IMG/VR virus record: IMGVR_UViG_3300037783_000036
Location: 1 to 38,111 of that record
Reading direction: 5' to 3' (one strand)
DNA from: a virus
Taxonomy: Duplodnaviria > Caudoviricetes
DNA length: 38,111 nt
Position numbers and translations under genes: made by a program
In this document: in pieces, positions 18,741 through 27,361 of the stretch
How the letters are laid out: each line of letters opens with the position of its first letter
Position numbering within the stretch: position 1 is the stretch's first letter
The notes under the pieces: generated by a model
Told to the model about the DNA's origin: nothing
Databases searched by the model: none
The model's input: only the letters and a program-made list of their open reading frames with translations

Positions 18741-19448
18741 TTACGCCGAGGGCTTATCAGCCAACATTTTGCGGTGGGCATGATCGAGAAAAAGCCGCAA
18801 TGTTGGCACTGGCACCGACAGGCATCCACCGGGATCTGTTTTGCCGATAGATAGCTCATCGTGACCGAACACGTTATAAGGCTTAAAGACGTGTGGGTTG
18901 TTCAAACTAAGCCAGATCAAAAGGCGAACGAGGCTTTTTTCCTGCTCCGTTGAATACGCCTCATAAAAACCCGAATTTTGATAATACTCGCCTTTCACGT
19001 GGCGGACTTTCGAATCCTCTATTGCATCGCCCCACCATGACCGATACTCTGTCTTTATCGCATCCAGCTTGCCCGCCGATGTAATTTCGATCCCGACCAG
19101 CTTTGAGTTAAGAGACTTTCCGAGACGCTTGTGATAGCTTTGGCCCACATGCCAGCCCCAACGATCCAGCGAAAACCCTTGATAGACCTTGCCATCCAGG
19201 TCGATTAGAAAATACGTGTATTCGCGTTTGAGGGCCGTCTCATAGGCGCTCATTCCGTGTTGGCCCGCGGTGTAATGGATCACAGCGCCAGCGGGATAGC
19301 CGGCCGTATACATGCCTTTGGTGGCCATGGGTCGGCCGGGATTGATTGCCCAGGGGCAAAAAAGTTTTCGCGCATTATACCAGGACACAAGCCCCCCAAA
19401 GCCATCCGCTAAAGAGATACCTCTCATAATTGCATCGCGAACATACAT
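18741..19448 (-). CDS. N-acetylmuramoyl-L-alanine amidase (Amidase_2), probable endolysin
   Basis: VIHYTAG, FLID.DG.VYQ, WHVG, N...VGIEI, GHDE and K.DPG zinc-amidase motifs; GGGAGT RBS. Confidence 0.9.
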   Translation of the reverse strand: MYVRDAIMRGISLADGFGGLVSWYNARKLFCPWAINPGRPMATKGMYTAGYPAGAVIHYTAGQHGMSAYETALKREYTYFLIDLDGKVYQGFSLDRWGWHVGQSYHKRLGKSLNSKLVGIEITSAGKLDAIKTEYRSWWGDAIEDSKVRHVKGEYYQNSGFYEAYSTEQEKSLVRLLIWLSLNNPHVFKPYNVFGHDELSIGKTDPGGCLSVPVPTLRLFLDHAHRKMLADKPSA

Positions 19449-19509
19449 CGGCCCACTCCCAGCTATGGATGATAGGCCGATGGTAGCGTCTTTTTGATGT
19501 AATTGAAAG

Positions 19510-19695
19510 TTAAGGCTCGGCCGGCGGGAACTGGTTCGGCCATTCTTTGCGGGCTTGGGGCTCAGGCGGCTCGGGTTCTATCACTCCAAAATAGGTCAAG
19601 ACCCCATACATGAGCACATAAACCAGAACAGCCGAGCTGATCAGAAGGATGATCGCACCGACCTTCTCGGCCCATGTTTTTCCTATATATCGCAT
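19510..19695 (-). CDS. Small single-TM membrane protein with Pro-rich tail (lysis accessory/holin candidate)
   Basis: Hydrophobic VGAIILLISSAVLVYVLMYGVLTYFGVI; just upstream of the amidase; start at ATG 19695 or GTG 19704. Confidence 0.5.
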   Translation of the reverse strand: MRYIGKTWAEKVGAIILLISSAVLVYVLMYGVLTYFGVIEPEPPEPQARKEWPNQFPPAEP

Positions 19696-19772
19696 AGTAT
19701 CCACATTGCGAGTGACAGCATTAGGATAAATCCACCGAGCCCCAAAAAAAACTTTAGATCCTCATTATCCAT
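19683..19772 (-). CDS. 29-aa transmembrane microprotein (MDNEDLKFFLGLGGFILMLSLAMWILCDI)
   Basis: Hand-translated, below the ORF-track cutoff; overlaps both neighbours and fills the operon gap; one hydrophobic helix. Confidence 0.45.
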   Translation of the reverse strand: MDNEDLKFFLGLGGFILMLSLAMWILCDI

Positions 19773-20043
19773 GGGTTTGATCAACCTTGATCGCATCGGT
19801 ATCAAACGGATAATGAGGGGCCAGGGCAATCGAGGCGTTGGCTTGCATTACGGCCTCACGGATCGAACGGATGGCAGCTGATCTGTCAGCACAAGACGGA
19901 CAGTTTTCGAGCACCGTTCGACAAAACAATTTTGCGGCCTCACGGACCGCCTGATAATGTTTTATACGACGATCGTCGTCGTGATAGCTAAACACGTTAT
20001 CGAGATCGTCCAGCGTCACGCGATTAGATGGGTGTGGATTCAT
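19765..20043 (-). CDS. Acb2/Tad1-hairpin-like small protein, candidate nucleotide-signal sponge
   Basis: 92 aa; F.YH, Y..VR.AAK, CP..ADRSAAIR.IREAVM.ANA.IA two-helix hairpin resembling the Tad1 C-terminal SRE.A.A.T..EEA.MW pattern. Confidence 0.65.
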   Translation of the reverse strand: MNPHPSNRVTLDDLDNVFSYHDDDRRIKHYQAVREAAKLFCRTVLENCPSCADRSAAIRSIREAVMQANASIALAPHYPFDTDAIKVDQTHG

Positions 20044-20048
20044 TTTTA

Positions 20049-20594
20049 CTACCTATCTTGTTCTAGTTTAAAATATTCGTTTTTGAATTTTTTCCATCTA
20101 TTAAAGGTATCTTGATCCAGCTTACTCTCATCTCCATTGACCATAAACAAAGCTTTGGCAAGATCGTCGGGTATCGAGTGGAACGGAATGTATGGCTGTT
20201 CCATGAGAGCGGCTGATCCTTTGCCAAAATCTTTTTTATTCCAGGGCTGAAAATCCGCAATCTGACCGAGATCAGGAAACACACCCTCAAAGCATATCGC
20301 CCGATCGTCGATTGTCAAAAACGCGGCCGGTTTTTCTTTAGGAAACTGGATCTGGTCCACGTAATGAGCGGTTAAGCCCTGATCATAGAGCCAATGGATC
20401 ATTGCCAGGATTCCCTGTTGATATTTTGAGCGTGAGCTATAGATACACACCGAAAACCGCTCATCGTCGATCAGCTTTTTGAGCCATTCAATGGCCCCAG
20501 GCACCGGCGGATCGGCTATCTGATCAACCCCTTGCCAGCCGCTCTCATAGCTATGCAGCACACCGTCAAAGTCCACAAGTATCGTTTTAGCCAT
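20049..20594 (-). CDS. HAD-superfamily phosphatase (181 aa; PNKP/nucleotidase-like)
   Basis: True start inferred at ATG 20594 (GGAAGGT RBS). ILVDFDGV motif I, YSSR motif II, KP and IDDRA motifs III/IV. Confidence 0.85.
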   Translation of the reverse strand: MAKTILVDFDGVLHSYESGWQGVDQIADPPVPGAIEWLKKLIDDERFSVCIYSSRSKYQQGILAMIHWLYDQGLTAHYVDQIQFPKEKPAAFLTIDDRAICFEGVFPDLGQIADFQPWNKKDFGKGSAALMEQPYIPFHSIPDDLAKALFMVNGDESKLDQDTFNRWKKFKNEYFKLEQDR

Positions 20595-20928
20595 TCTTAC
20601 CTTCCCAAAAGTTATCTTTACCAAACCAGCGCACAGCTTTGTAGTAAGCCCAGGCTTTGGCCTTGCGCATCCCGCGGATAAACCAGCTGCCGCCGGTTTT
20701 GTCAATGAGATGGAGCATATTCTCATAAAAGATCCGATCGGCATAGCGCCTATCCTGCTCGCTATCGCCGGTTCGATACTGCCAATCATGGATACAACAG
20801 GCTTGCTTTATAGAACAGCCAAAAAGATCATCGGGAACAAAGTCAACCCCGACGCGCCGCATAAACTGATCCGGGCCACATGTGCATGGCACCGGCCGCT
20901 CATATCCCTTTGGTATAATCAAACTCAT
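20587..20928 (-). CDS. Small phospholipase A2-like / DUF1353-like protein
   Basis: 113 aa; CG, ACCIHDWQY, R..AD..F..NM and YY.AVR.FG motifs of HD-containing PLA2-like phage proteins. Confidence 0.65.
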   Translation of the reverse strand: MSLIIPKGYERPVPCTCGPDQFMRRVGVDFVPDDLFGCSIKQACCIHDWQYRTGDSEQDRRYADRIFYENMLHLIDKTGGSWFIRGMRKAKAWAYYKAVRWFGKDNFWEGKNG

Positions 20929-21047
20929 AGCACCCTCGCCGCAATGGATAGATAGTTTCTATCATTATAATGCAAGGGCTTGCCTTTTTATGCGGCAGAT
21001 GCCAGTAAAAAGGAATCATTTCAAACCGCGATTAAGGGAGTATCTTT

Positions 21048-21800
21048 ATGCGGATTTTTATCGTTTCTTTATGTGCCATGTTTCTCGGACAGCCGGGCTA
21101 TGCCGGCTTGTGTGTCGATCCAGCCGATAGGGCTTTCGAATGTGGCGACAAAAGCGAGGTCGATGATGTGGTTTTCGTTCGCGTCAAAAACGACGACGAT
21201 CATTATCTTTACTTTGAGACCCTTGAGGATATGCTCAAATTTCGCGAGATCGGCCTCACGCCACCGCCCAATTATCATCCCGATCACGGCAGCGTTAACG
21301 ACGATCACGTACCCGATGGGGGCGTCCAGATCCTATCTTTGGGCGAGCTGATCAAAAAGGGCTCAAAAGATCCCGAGGTCTTTACCGAGTATCGTAAGAA
21401 AAAAGGAAAGGGCGGTATGGTCCTGGCGATGATCGAGGGAGCTGCCAAAGGCGCTGGGGCGTTTGTCGACGGCGCTCGCCAGATGGCTGTTGACGCTGGT
21501 TATACCGAAATGAAGATGGTCCTTGAAAACAAAGACGGGGGCGAGCTGGAGATCACCTGGGATCTTGAGAAAGACGATATCAGTTTGGAGATCAAAAGCC
21601 CTGAGACAGTCGCTAAAGAGAAAGCCAAAGCCAAAGAGGGCCAACAGTCCGGCGGCGGCGGCGCTAGCGTCAACCCCAACATCAATGCCCGAGATCCCTA
21701 CGCTCTGGCGCGGATTATCAGTGATCGCAACAGATCGCTACCCTATGGCACGATAACGATCATTGATCATGATCGCGCAATGCAAAAGTATCACAACTAA
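21048..21800 (+). CDS. Exported hypothetical protein (moron-like, opposite strand)
   Basis: 250 aa, GGGAG RBS, N-terminal signal-like MRIFIVSLCAMFLGQPGYA; stop overlaps the portal stop. Confidence 0.7.
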   Translation: MRIFIVSLCAMFLGQPGYAGLCVDPADRAFECGDKSEVDDVVFVRVKNDDDHYLYFETLEDMLKFREIGLTPPPNYHPDHGSVNDDHVPDGGVQILSLGELIKKGSKDPEVFTEYRKKKGKGGMVLAMIEGAAKGAGAFVDGARQMAVDAGYTEMKMVLENKDGGELEITWDLEKDDISLEIKSPETVAKEKAKAKEGQQSGGGGASVNPNINARDPYALARIISDRNRSLPYGTITIIDHDRAMQKYHN

Positions 21801-23290
21801 AACATCTCCGAGCCGATCGAGGGCTTAGTCCTCTCGATCGGTGTTTCGCGCGCCTCAAAGCCGATTTTCTCGCGGATGTTGTTTAGATCGCTCAGATCGT
21901 TCATATCCACAGCGCCCCAATTCACAGCCCTCTCGATTGCGGCCATCTCTTTTTCGATCTCATCCACCGATAGCTCTCGCTTGGTAAAATCACCGAGCCC
22001 ATCTTTTTTCCAAGCGCTCTCGGGAAAATTAAGCTTAAGCATCCGCTCGACAAGCTGTAAGCGGAGGGTCTGAGAGACGCCGGAGTTCATGCCGTCGAGG
22101 ATCTTATTAAAGGTCTTTGCGTGTTCCTGGCCCAGCGAATAGCTACCTGTGCCATCGCCGTTGCCAAAGATAAGAGACGGCACGAGCATCGCCCGCATGA
22201 GGGATTTATTACACAGGTCGATTGCGGCCATAAAGTCCGTGGCGTTTGAGGCCTGGGGAACAAAGTCCGTATCAAAGACCTGGCCCTTTTTGCCAGGCAA
22301 AACGATCGTCGTGTCATTATGGATGTTTCGGAAAGCCCCCTGGGCCGCTTTGTCGGCGCGGATACCGCCGCCCCTGGCACCGCGCTGGACGGCGTTTTTC
22401 GACTGTTTCGAGCTGTCAATCATCGTCGTATTAGGATCGGCATAGACGATAGTAAGAGGCGTCCCTTTGCGATCGAGAGCGATCGAGAGCATCTGCAGGA
22501 ACGCATCTTTCATAACCCACCACTTGTAAGCGCGCCGCAAAAGAGAGCGCCCGTAGGGATTGCCAAACCGGCCCTGGGCGTCAAAAGCGTAGTGGATACA
22601 CTTTGCGATCGGTATGCGCAGGGCCATGTAGTTCCATTGGTTTGAGATGCGGATCGGAAACTCATAATCGCCCAGCTTTGCGAGCGGGTCGGGTCGATAC
22701 TTGCGGTTTGTCGATGAGCTGGAAAACCCGTAAAGAAGGGATCTGGCAAAATTCGACGGGCTCGGCATGTAATTACGCTGATACTGCAGGATACCGTCGG
22801 CTGTCAGCTCGCCGGTCCTCTCGGTCTCAAACATGATCGTCGACGGTGGCAAGCTGACAAGCTTTCGCGGTATAAAGCCCAGCTGATCATCGTTGCCCCA
22901 GACCATCTCTTGCACACTAAAGCCCGACCAGGTCGCCCCAAGCATCTCTTTGAGACTGTTATGAAAGCCGCCCTGGATCTTATCGAGCGCGGCGGCCATC
23001 CATTGGGTTATCTCATCCGAGGGATGCTGATAGTATCCCAGGCGAGCTGCTAAACATGTTGTAAGAAAGTCCACCGAGCTGCCGATCGTGTCGTCGGTAT
23101 CCACCATTCTTTTAAACGTCTCGACCGATACCGTCGATGGGTTTTGCACGAATTTATGAAAGCTGGAAAACAGCGTCGGAATGGGCGTTCCGCGCTGGAT
23201 GATCAGATCCTCTAGTCCCTTTACCTCGGCGTGTCGATTATAAAGCGTTTCGTCAACGGTATCCATTTCACTGTTCGGCATGGCTTTCAT
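21797..23290 (-). CDS. Portal protein (Mu gp29 / DUF935-like)
   Basis: 497 aa; GFS..E.VW, GNPYGRSLLR.AY..W..K, G.P..I and GSYSLG.EH motifs. Confidence 0.92.
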   Translation of the reverse strand: MKAMPNSEMDTVDETLYNRHAEVKGLEDLIIQRGTPIPTLFSSFHKFVQNPSTVSVETFKRMVDTDDTIGSSVDFLTTCLAARLGYYQHPSDEITQWMAAALDKIQGGFHNSLKEMLGATWSGFSVQEMVWGNDDQLGFIPRKLVSLPPSTIMFETERTGELTADGILQYQRNYMPSPSNFARSLLYGFSSSSTNRKYRPDPLAKLGDYEFPIRISNQWNYMALRIPIAKCIHYAFDAQGRFGNPYGRSLLRRAYKWWVMKDAFLQMLSIALDRKGTPLTIVYADPNTTMIDSSKQSKNAVQRGARGGGIRADKAAQGAFRNIHNDTTIVLPGKKGQVFDTDFVPQASNATDFMAAIDLCNKSLMRAMLVPSLIFGNGDGTGSYSLGQEHAKTFNKILDGMNSGVSQTLRLQLVERMLKLNFPESAWKKDGLGDFTKRELSVDEIEKEMAAIERAVNWGAVDMNDLSDLNNIREKIGFEARETPIERTKPSIGSEMF

Positions 23291-23849
23291 ATCCTTTCAA
23301 GTATTTTTCGCGATACTCATCCACCGTCGGCAACAGCCGATCCTTTTGCGATAGGGTCGGGATCATCCGGTCGGGCCACAGATGCGATAGGCGCTCATCT
23401 TTGTAATTAATGCCACCGTCGCTATCAGGGTCATAGGTCGTCGTGCAACCGTAATGGACGACCGCAAATTGCGACAGCGTGACAAAGCCATGAGCACAGC
23501 CCGGCGGGCAGTAAAGGGTTCTGAGGCTTTTAAAATCCAGCTCAAAAGAAAACCCCTGCAGATAGGTCGAGCTATCCGGCCTTAAATCAAAAATCACGTC
23601 ATGGATAATACCATAAAGACAAGTAATCAGCTTGCCCTGGGGGCGATCACGTTGCAGGTGCATACCCCGCAAGGTGCCACCATAGCTAAAGCTGTGGTTT
23701 TCCTGCATGCACACCGGAAAGACTTTATGATTATCGTGGCGGAACAGCTCGCAAAAATCTCCGCGATCATCCCGATGCACTGGCCTTTTAATAAGAAATG
23801 CGCCCTCAACCTCATCTATCTCGGTCTTTTTGAATTTCGATTCGCTCAT
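23268..23849 (-). CDS. rmlC: dTDP-4-dehydrorhamnose 3,5-epimerase
   Basis: D.RG.F.E, QENHS.S..GTLRGMH.Q, QGKL, DVIFDLR and P.G.AHGF cupin motifs. Confidence 0.93.
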   Translation of the reverse strand: MSESKFKKTEIDEVEGAFLIKRPVHRDDRGDFCELFRHDNHKVFPVCMQENHSFSYGGTLRGMHLQRDRPQGKLITCLYGIIHDVIFDLRPDSSTYLQGFSFELDFKSLRTLYCPPGCAHGFVTLSQFAVVHYGCTTTYDPDSDGGINYKDERLSHLWPDRMIPTLSQKDRLLPTVDEYREKYLKGYESHAEQ

Positions 23850-24817
23850 AGCTCGCTTTCCATGTAGTGTTCGATTGTCGTATCAAGGTTTTTATCAAAG
23901 CCAGCTGTGTCAGGCGACCAGCCGAGCGTTTTGATCAGAGTATTATCGACCTCGTATTTAAGATCATCTTTGGGCCTGGCGTCCTGCCAGTCGATCTTAA
24001 GATGGATCTTTTTGTCGATCTTTTTTTGCAACCGATCAGCGATCCGGCGGACGATCTCGGTATTCATGAGCGGCATCTCGCCGCCCACCACATAGCGCTC
24101 GCCGGTAAAGCCCTTAAGATAGATATCTATGATCGCCCGACAACAGTCGCCCACATACAGCCAGTCGCGGATCTGATCGCCAGGCTGATAAAGCCTGACC
24201 GGCAGATCGCGCAAAAGGCGCATAATCGTTTGAGGGATCAGTTTTTCCTCATGTTGGTTTGGCCCAAAATTATTCGAACAGTTTATCACTGTCACCGGCA
24301 GATCGTAGGTATGATAATAGGCAAAGGCAATCAGATCGGCCGAGGCCTTTGATGCCGCATAGGGCGAGCGGGGCTGGATCTGGGAATATTCGGTAAAGAT
24401 CTTATCCGAGCCGCGCTCGATCTCGCCGAAAACCTCATCGGTCGATATGTAATAAAAGCCTTTCTCGGGATCGCTACCGTGCAGATAACGCCATTCTTCT
24501 AAAAGGGTCCAGGTGCCTAGCGTGTTAGTCAGGATAAAATCTTTCGGCCCAGTGATCGAGCGGCAGACGTGGCTTTCCGCTGCGAAATGAAACATCTGAT
24601 CGGGCTTGTGTTTATGCAGGGCTCTGGAGATGGCCAGCTGATCACAGATATCGACCAGCTCGAATTTATGCTCGATCCCGGAGATGTATTCGGGCCTTGC
24701 GGCATAGGTCAGTCTGTCAAAGACGACGATCTTATCGTCGGGAAACACCGAGCGCCACGCCGGTATAAAATTTGAGCCGATAAACCCGTATCCGCCAGTC
24801 ACGCCGATAGTACGCAT
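23846..24817 (-). CDS. rmlB: dTDP-glucose 4,6-dehydratase
   Basis: VTGG.GFIGSNF, D.LTYA, HFAAESHV, STDEVFG, PYAASKA, NCSNNFGP.Q..EKLIP and RDWLYV.D. Confidence 0.95.
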   Translation of the reverse strand: MRTIGVTGGYGFIGSNFIPAWRSVFPDDKIVVFDRLTYAARPEYISGIEHKFELVDICDQLAISRALHKHKPDQMFHFAAESHVCRSITGPKDFILTNTLGTWTLLEEWRYLHGSDPEKGFYYISTDEVFGEIERGSDKIFTEYSQIQPRSPYAASKASADLIAFAYYHTYDLPVTVINCSNNFGPNQHEEKLIPQTIMRLLRDLPVRLYQPGDQIRDWLYVGDCCRAIIDIYLKGFTGERYVVGGEMPLMNTEIVRRIADRLQKKIDKKIHLKIDWQDARPKDDLKYEVDNTLIKTLGWSPDTAGFDKNLDTTIEHYMESEL

Positions 24818-24841
24818 ATCAATCCCCTTTGTCGCTTCTGT

Positions 24842-26281
24842 TTACTCGATTAAGCCATAGCTTTGACGTACTGTCGATTCATTTGATTCGATGATCCGCG
24901 CCCGACGACCTGGCGGGAACAGCTTAAAGACGGCATAGCCCGCGCCGTCGGTGGCGTGTGTGCGATCGTGATCGCCACAGTCGTCCAGCTTTGCCCGGCC
25001 GGCGTCGGTCGTTTTTTTCCAGCCCACGATCTTAAGATCGCCATCAAAGTAAAGACAGCGGTTCGGGTTATAGGTCTGTCGGATCTCGCCCATAGCGTTT
25101 TTAAACAGCGCGTTCATGTTTTCAACCCGGTTTTTCACACGCGGGTTTTGGTTATCGTCGTCTTGAAAATAATCAATCGTAAACTCCGCCTGGTGCTCAT
25201 CGAGGACCTGGGCGATCTGATCGTAATCTGTTTTACCGGCATTGGATGTGGTTCCCTGGCCCCCGGACACATCGCCGAAGATCCGATAGAAAAACCCTGG
25301 ATACTGGTTTAAAAGCTTAAAGGTCATCTCTTGGGTCGATAGCTCGACACCGGACAGCTCATCAAACCAATGGATACAATCGCCGTAAAACGTCTGTCCG
25401 TCGCCCGAAAAAATCTCTGGACCGATCTGGCCTATCATCCAGACAAAAGGTGCCGGCGAATAATTAAAGTCACAGCCGATAATGAGGGGGCGCTCAGGCT
25501 TGGGCTTGTGATCACCCCAGGGGGCGCGGCGTTTCCGGTTTTTGGCCCCGGCCGCATAATAGGCTTTGCCACCTGTAACATTGACGTGTTTTGCCCACAG
25601 CTCTTGTTGGGCTAGTAGCTCCGAATACGAGCGGAGCATCGTGTTATAATACAGCTCCGAGATGATCCCGAGATCCAAGCTTGCCCGCGTCGGAATGTGC
25701 ATGGACCCATACATGAGATCATTTTTTTTTGCGCCTTTGACAAAGCGCTTAAAAGACCAGTCCTCGCCGTTTGTCGTCGTCGTGATGATCCCTTTGGCAT
25801 AATCGGCCGTTTCACGCATCCTGGAAAGGATCACGTCATGGGTCGTCTCCGGCGTGTCCCTGGTCTCATCGAGCCAATACCAGCTAAACTGAACGCCCCG
25901 GAGCGGGTTCTCATCGGATAACACGCGCGTGAAAATGAGTGTGCATTTTTTGGTTTTCGGGTTCCTGACGACGACCGTGTTCCGATACATCTTAAGCTTG
26001 GGAACACCGTCCCAGGTGCGGGGCGGTTTTTTATCGACGATATATTCGAGCCCATACACATCGAGCCAATAAAAAAACTCCCGCAAGCTTGCTTGCGAGA
26101 GCTGATCGTAAGTGTTCGCGCCGATAAAGCCTGTCATGTGCGGATAATGACAGATATGAAAAATCGCAAAATGCGATCCGGTAAAGCTTTTGCCCGCTGC
26201 AACCCCGCCATAAAAAGCAAAGTGATTAAAAGGGTTGTTTACGGCCGCGTACTGCCACGGCGCTAGCGAGATCTGCGGCAT
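24842..26281 (-). CDS. terL: Terminase large subunit
   Basis: Walker A GGVAAGKS, Walker B WYWLDE, TTT coupling motif, nuclease GCDFN ... HATDGAGY. Confidence 0.92.
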   Translation of the reverse strand: MPQISLAPWQYAAVNNPFNHFAFYGGVAAGKSFTGSHFAIFHICHYPHMTGFIGANTYDQLSQASLREFFYWLDVYGLEYIVDKKPPRTWDGVPKLKMYRNTVVVRNPKTKKCTLIFTRVLSDENPLRGVQFSWYWLDETRDTPETTHDVILSRMRETADYAKGIITTTTNGEDWSFKRFVKGAKKNDLMYGSMHIPTRASLDLGIISELYYNTMLRSYSELLAQQELWAKHVNVTGGKAYYAAGAKNRKRRAPWGDHKPKPERPLIIGCDFNYSPAPFVWMIGQIGPEIFSGDGQTFYGDCIHWFDELSGVELSTQEMTFKLLNQYPGFFYRIFGDVSGGQGTTSNAGKTDYDQIAQVLDEHQAEFTIDYFQDDDNQNPRVKNRVENMNALFKNAMGEIRQTYNPNRCLYFDGDLKIVGWKKTTDAGRAKLDDCGDHDRTHATDGAGYAVFKLFPPGRRARIIESNESTVRQSYGLIE

Positions 26282-26287
26282 AGGCGT

Positions 26288-27061
26288 CTAGTATTCAATC
26301 ACCTGATCATCCTCATCCTCATCCTCATCGTCGTCCATGTAAGCGGCGTAATCATGAGGCGAGCTGGGTTGATCATACCATTTTCCAAGCAATTCTTTTG
26401 CGGTCTTGGTGTTGTACTGCTTGCCGATGATCTCCACCTGCCAAACCTGGCTGTTGGTATCGGCCAGCTCGTTTTCAAACTGTTCGGTTTGATGATCCGC
26501 CAGGCGGAACGACCAATTGTTGATCATGAGGGCCTTGTGCTTGGATTCGGTTATCATCTTAAGAGCCATCGAGACTTTCAAGATCTCCGAGGTCTTGACC
26601 TGCTCAAATTCGCTCATGTGGCCGACGACACCTTGCGCCCTTGCCATCTCATCTCGGCGAATTTTGCCGAGCATCGTGTTGATCCTGTGCTTTAAGATCG
26701 TGTGCAGCGCGTCATGGGTCTGTGGATACTCCTCAAGGGTTTGGAGCACACTCTCATGCCAGCGTGTTTTTGACTTAAAGATCATACCCGCCAGGGCCTC
26801 GGCCTGTTCTGAGCCGATCACCTGCTTTTTTTCTTTAGTCCAGTCGCCCACCGGATAAGCGCGGGTCGTCTGTTGCACCGGCCAGCCGTTGCTTTTGGCA
26901 AAAGATGGCCAGTCAACATGATCCGATTGCATAAACATTTCCCGCGCTGTCTCAGCCGAGGGATAGGTTCGTTTAGTCGTTTGTTTCTTTGTCGTCTGTT
27001 TTTTTCGGGTGCTCGTTTTAGCTTTGCTGCTTTTGGTTTTTGTCTGTTTCGCTTTGGCCAT
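26288..27061 (-). CDS. Putative terminase small subunit
   Basis: 257 aa directly upstream of TerL; basic N-terminus, HTH-like segment, helical core, acidic tail. Confidence 0.6.
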   Translation of the reverse strand: MAKAKQTKTKSSKAKTSTRKKQTTKKQTTKRTYPSAETAREMFMQSDHVDWPSFAKSNGWPVQQTTRAYPVGDWTKEKKQVIGSEQAEALAGMIFKSKTRWHESVLQTLEEYPQTHDALHTILKHRINTMLGKIRRDEMARAQGVVGHMSEFEQVKTSEILKVSMALKMITESKHKALMINNWSFRLADHQTEQFENELADTNSQVWQVEIIGKQYNTKTAKELLGKWYDQPSSPHDYAAYMDDDEDEDEDDQVIEY

Positions 27062-27320
27062 CGCTTGCCTCGTTTTTCATTCGTTCAAGATAGCGCGGCA
27101 GGTCTGTGCTGCCCGCATAGTCGACGACAAGGCTGATAACACACGATCGGATATAAGCCGATAGTGTCGTGGCGTTCTGCGCACAGATCCGCTCAGCTAG
27201 CGCTTTGTAGCTGGGCGGCAGGCGTGTGGATGTGACAATCGAGCGCTGTGGCGTCATGGGCTCTGCAAGCTGCGAGGCGCTTAAAGCCTCATGTATGTCT
27301 GTCGGACGTAGATGCTGCAT
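27018..27320 (-). CDS. Small DNA-binding protein, ribbon-helix-helix-like
   Basis: IVTSTRLP-PSYKALAERICAQ-NATTLSAYIRSCV has a strand-helix-helix pattern; GGTGGAG RBS. Confidence 0.5.
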   Translation of the reverse strand: MQHLRPTDIHEALSASQLAEPMTPQRSIVTSTRLPPSYKALAERICAQNATTLSAYIRSCVISLVVDYAGSTDLPRYLERMKNEASDGQSETDKNQKQQS

Positions 27321-27361
27321 GATATCTCCACCTTTGGCTGTAATACGGCCAGCCTAGCACA

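Noticed and set aside
20595-20789. N-terminal extension of the HAD ORF
   Set aside because: Overlaps the PLA2-like gene in another frame; the HAD motif I begins right after Met 20594.
20971-20984. GGCAAGCCCTTGCA (minus strand) as a third sigma54 promoter
   Set aside because: Spacing is GG-N9-GC, not the required N10.
23268-24817. rmlBC as host contamination or misassembly
   Set aside because: The genes overlap each other and the portal start, follow terL by 24 nt and share the GATC-rich style of the phage genes.
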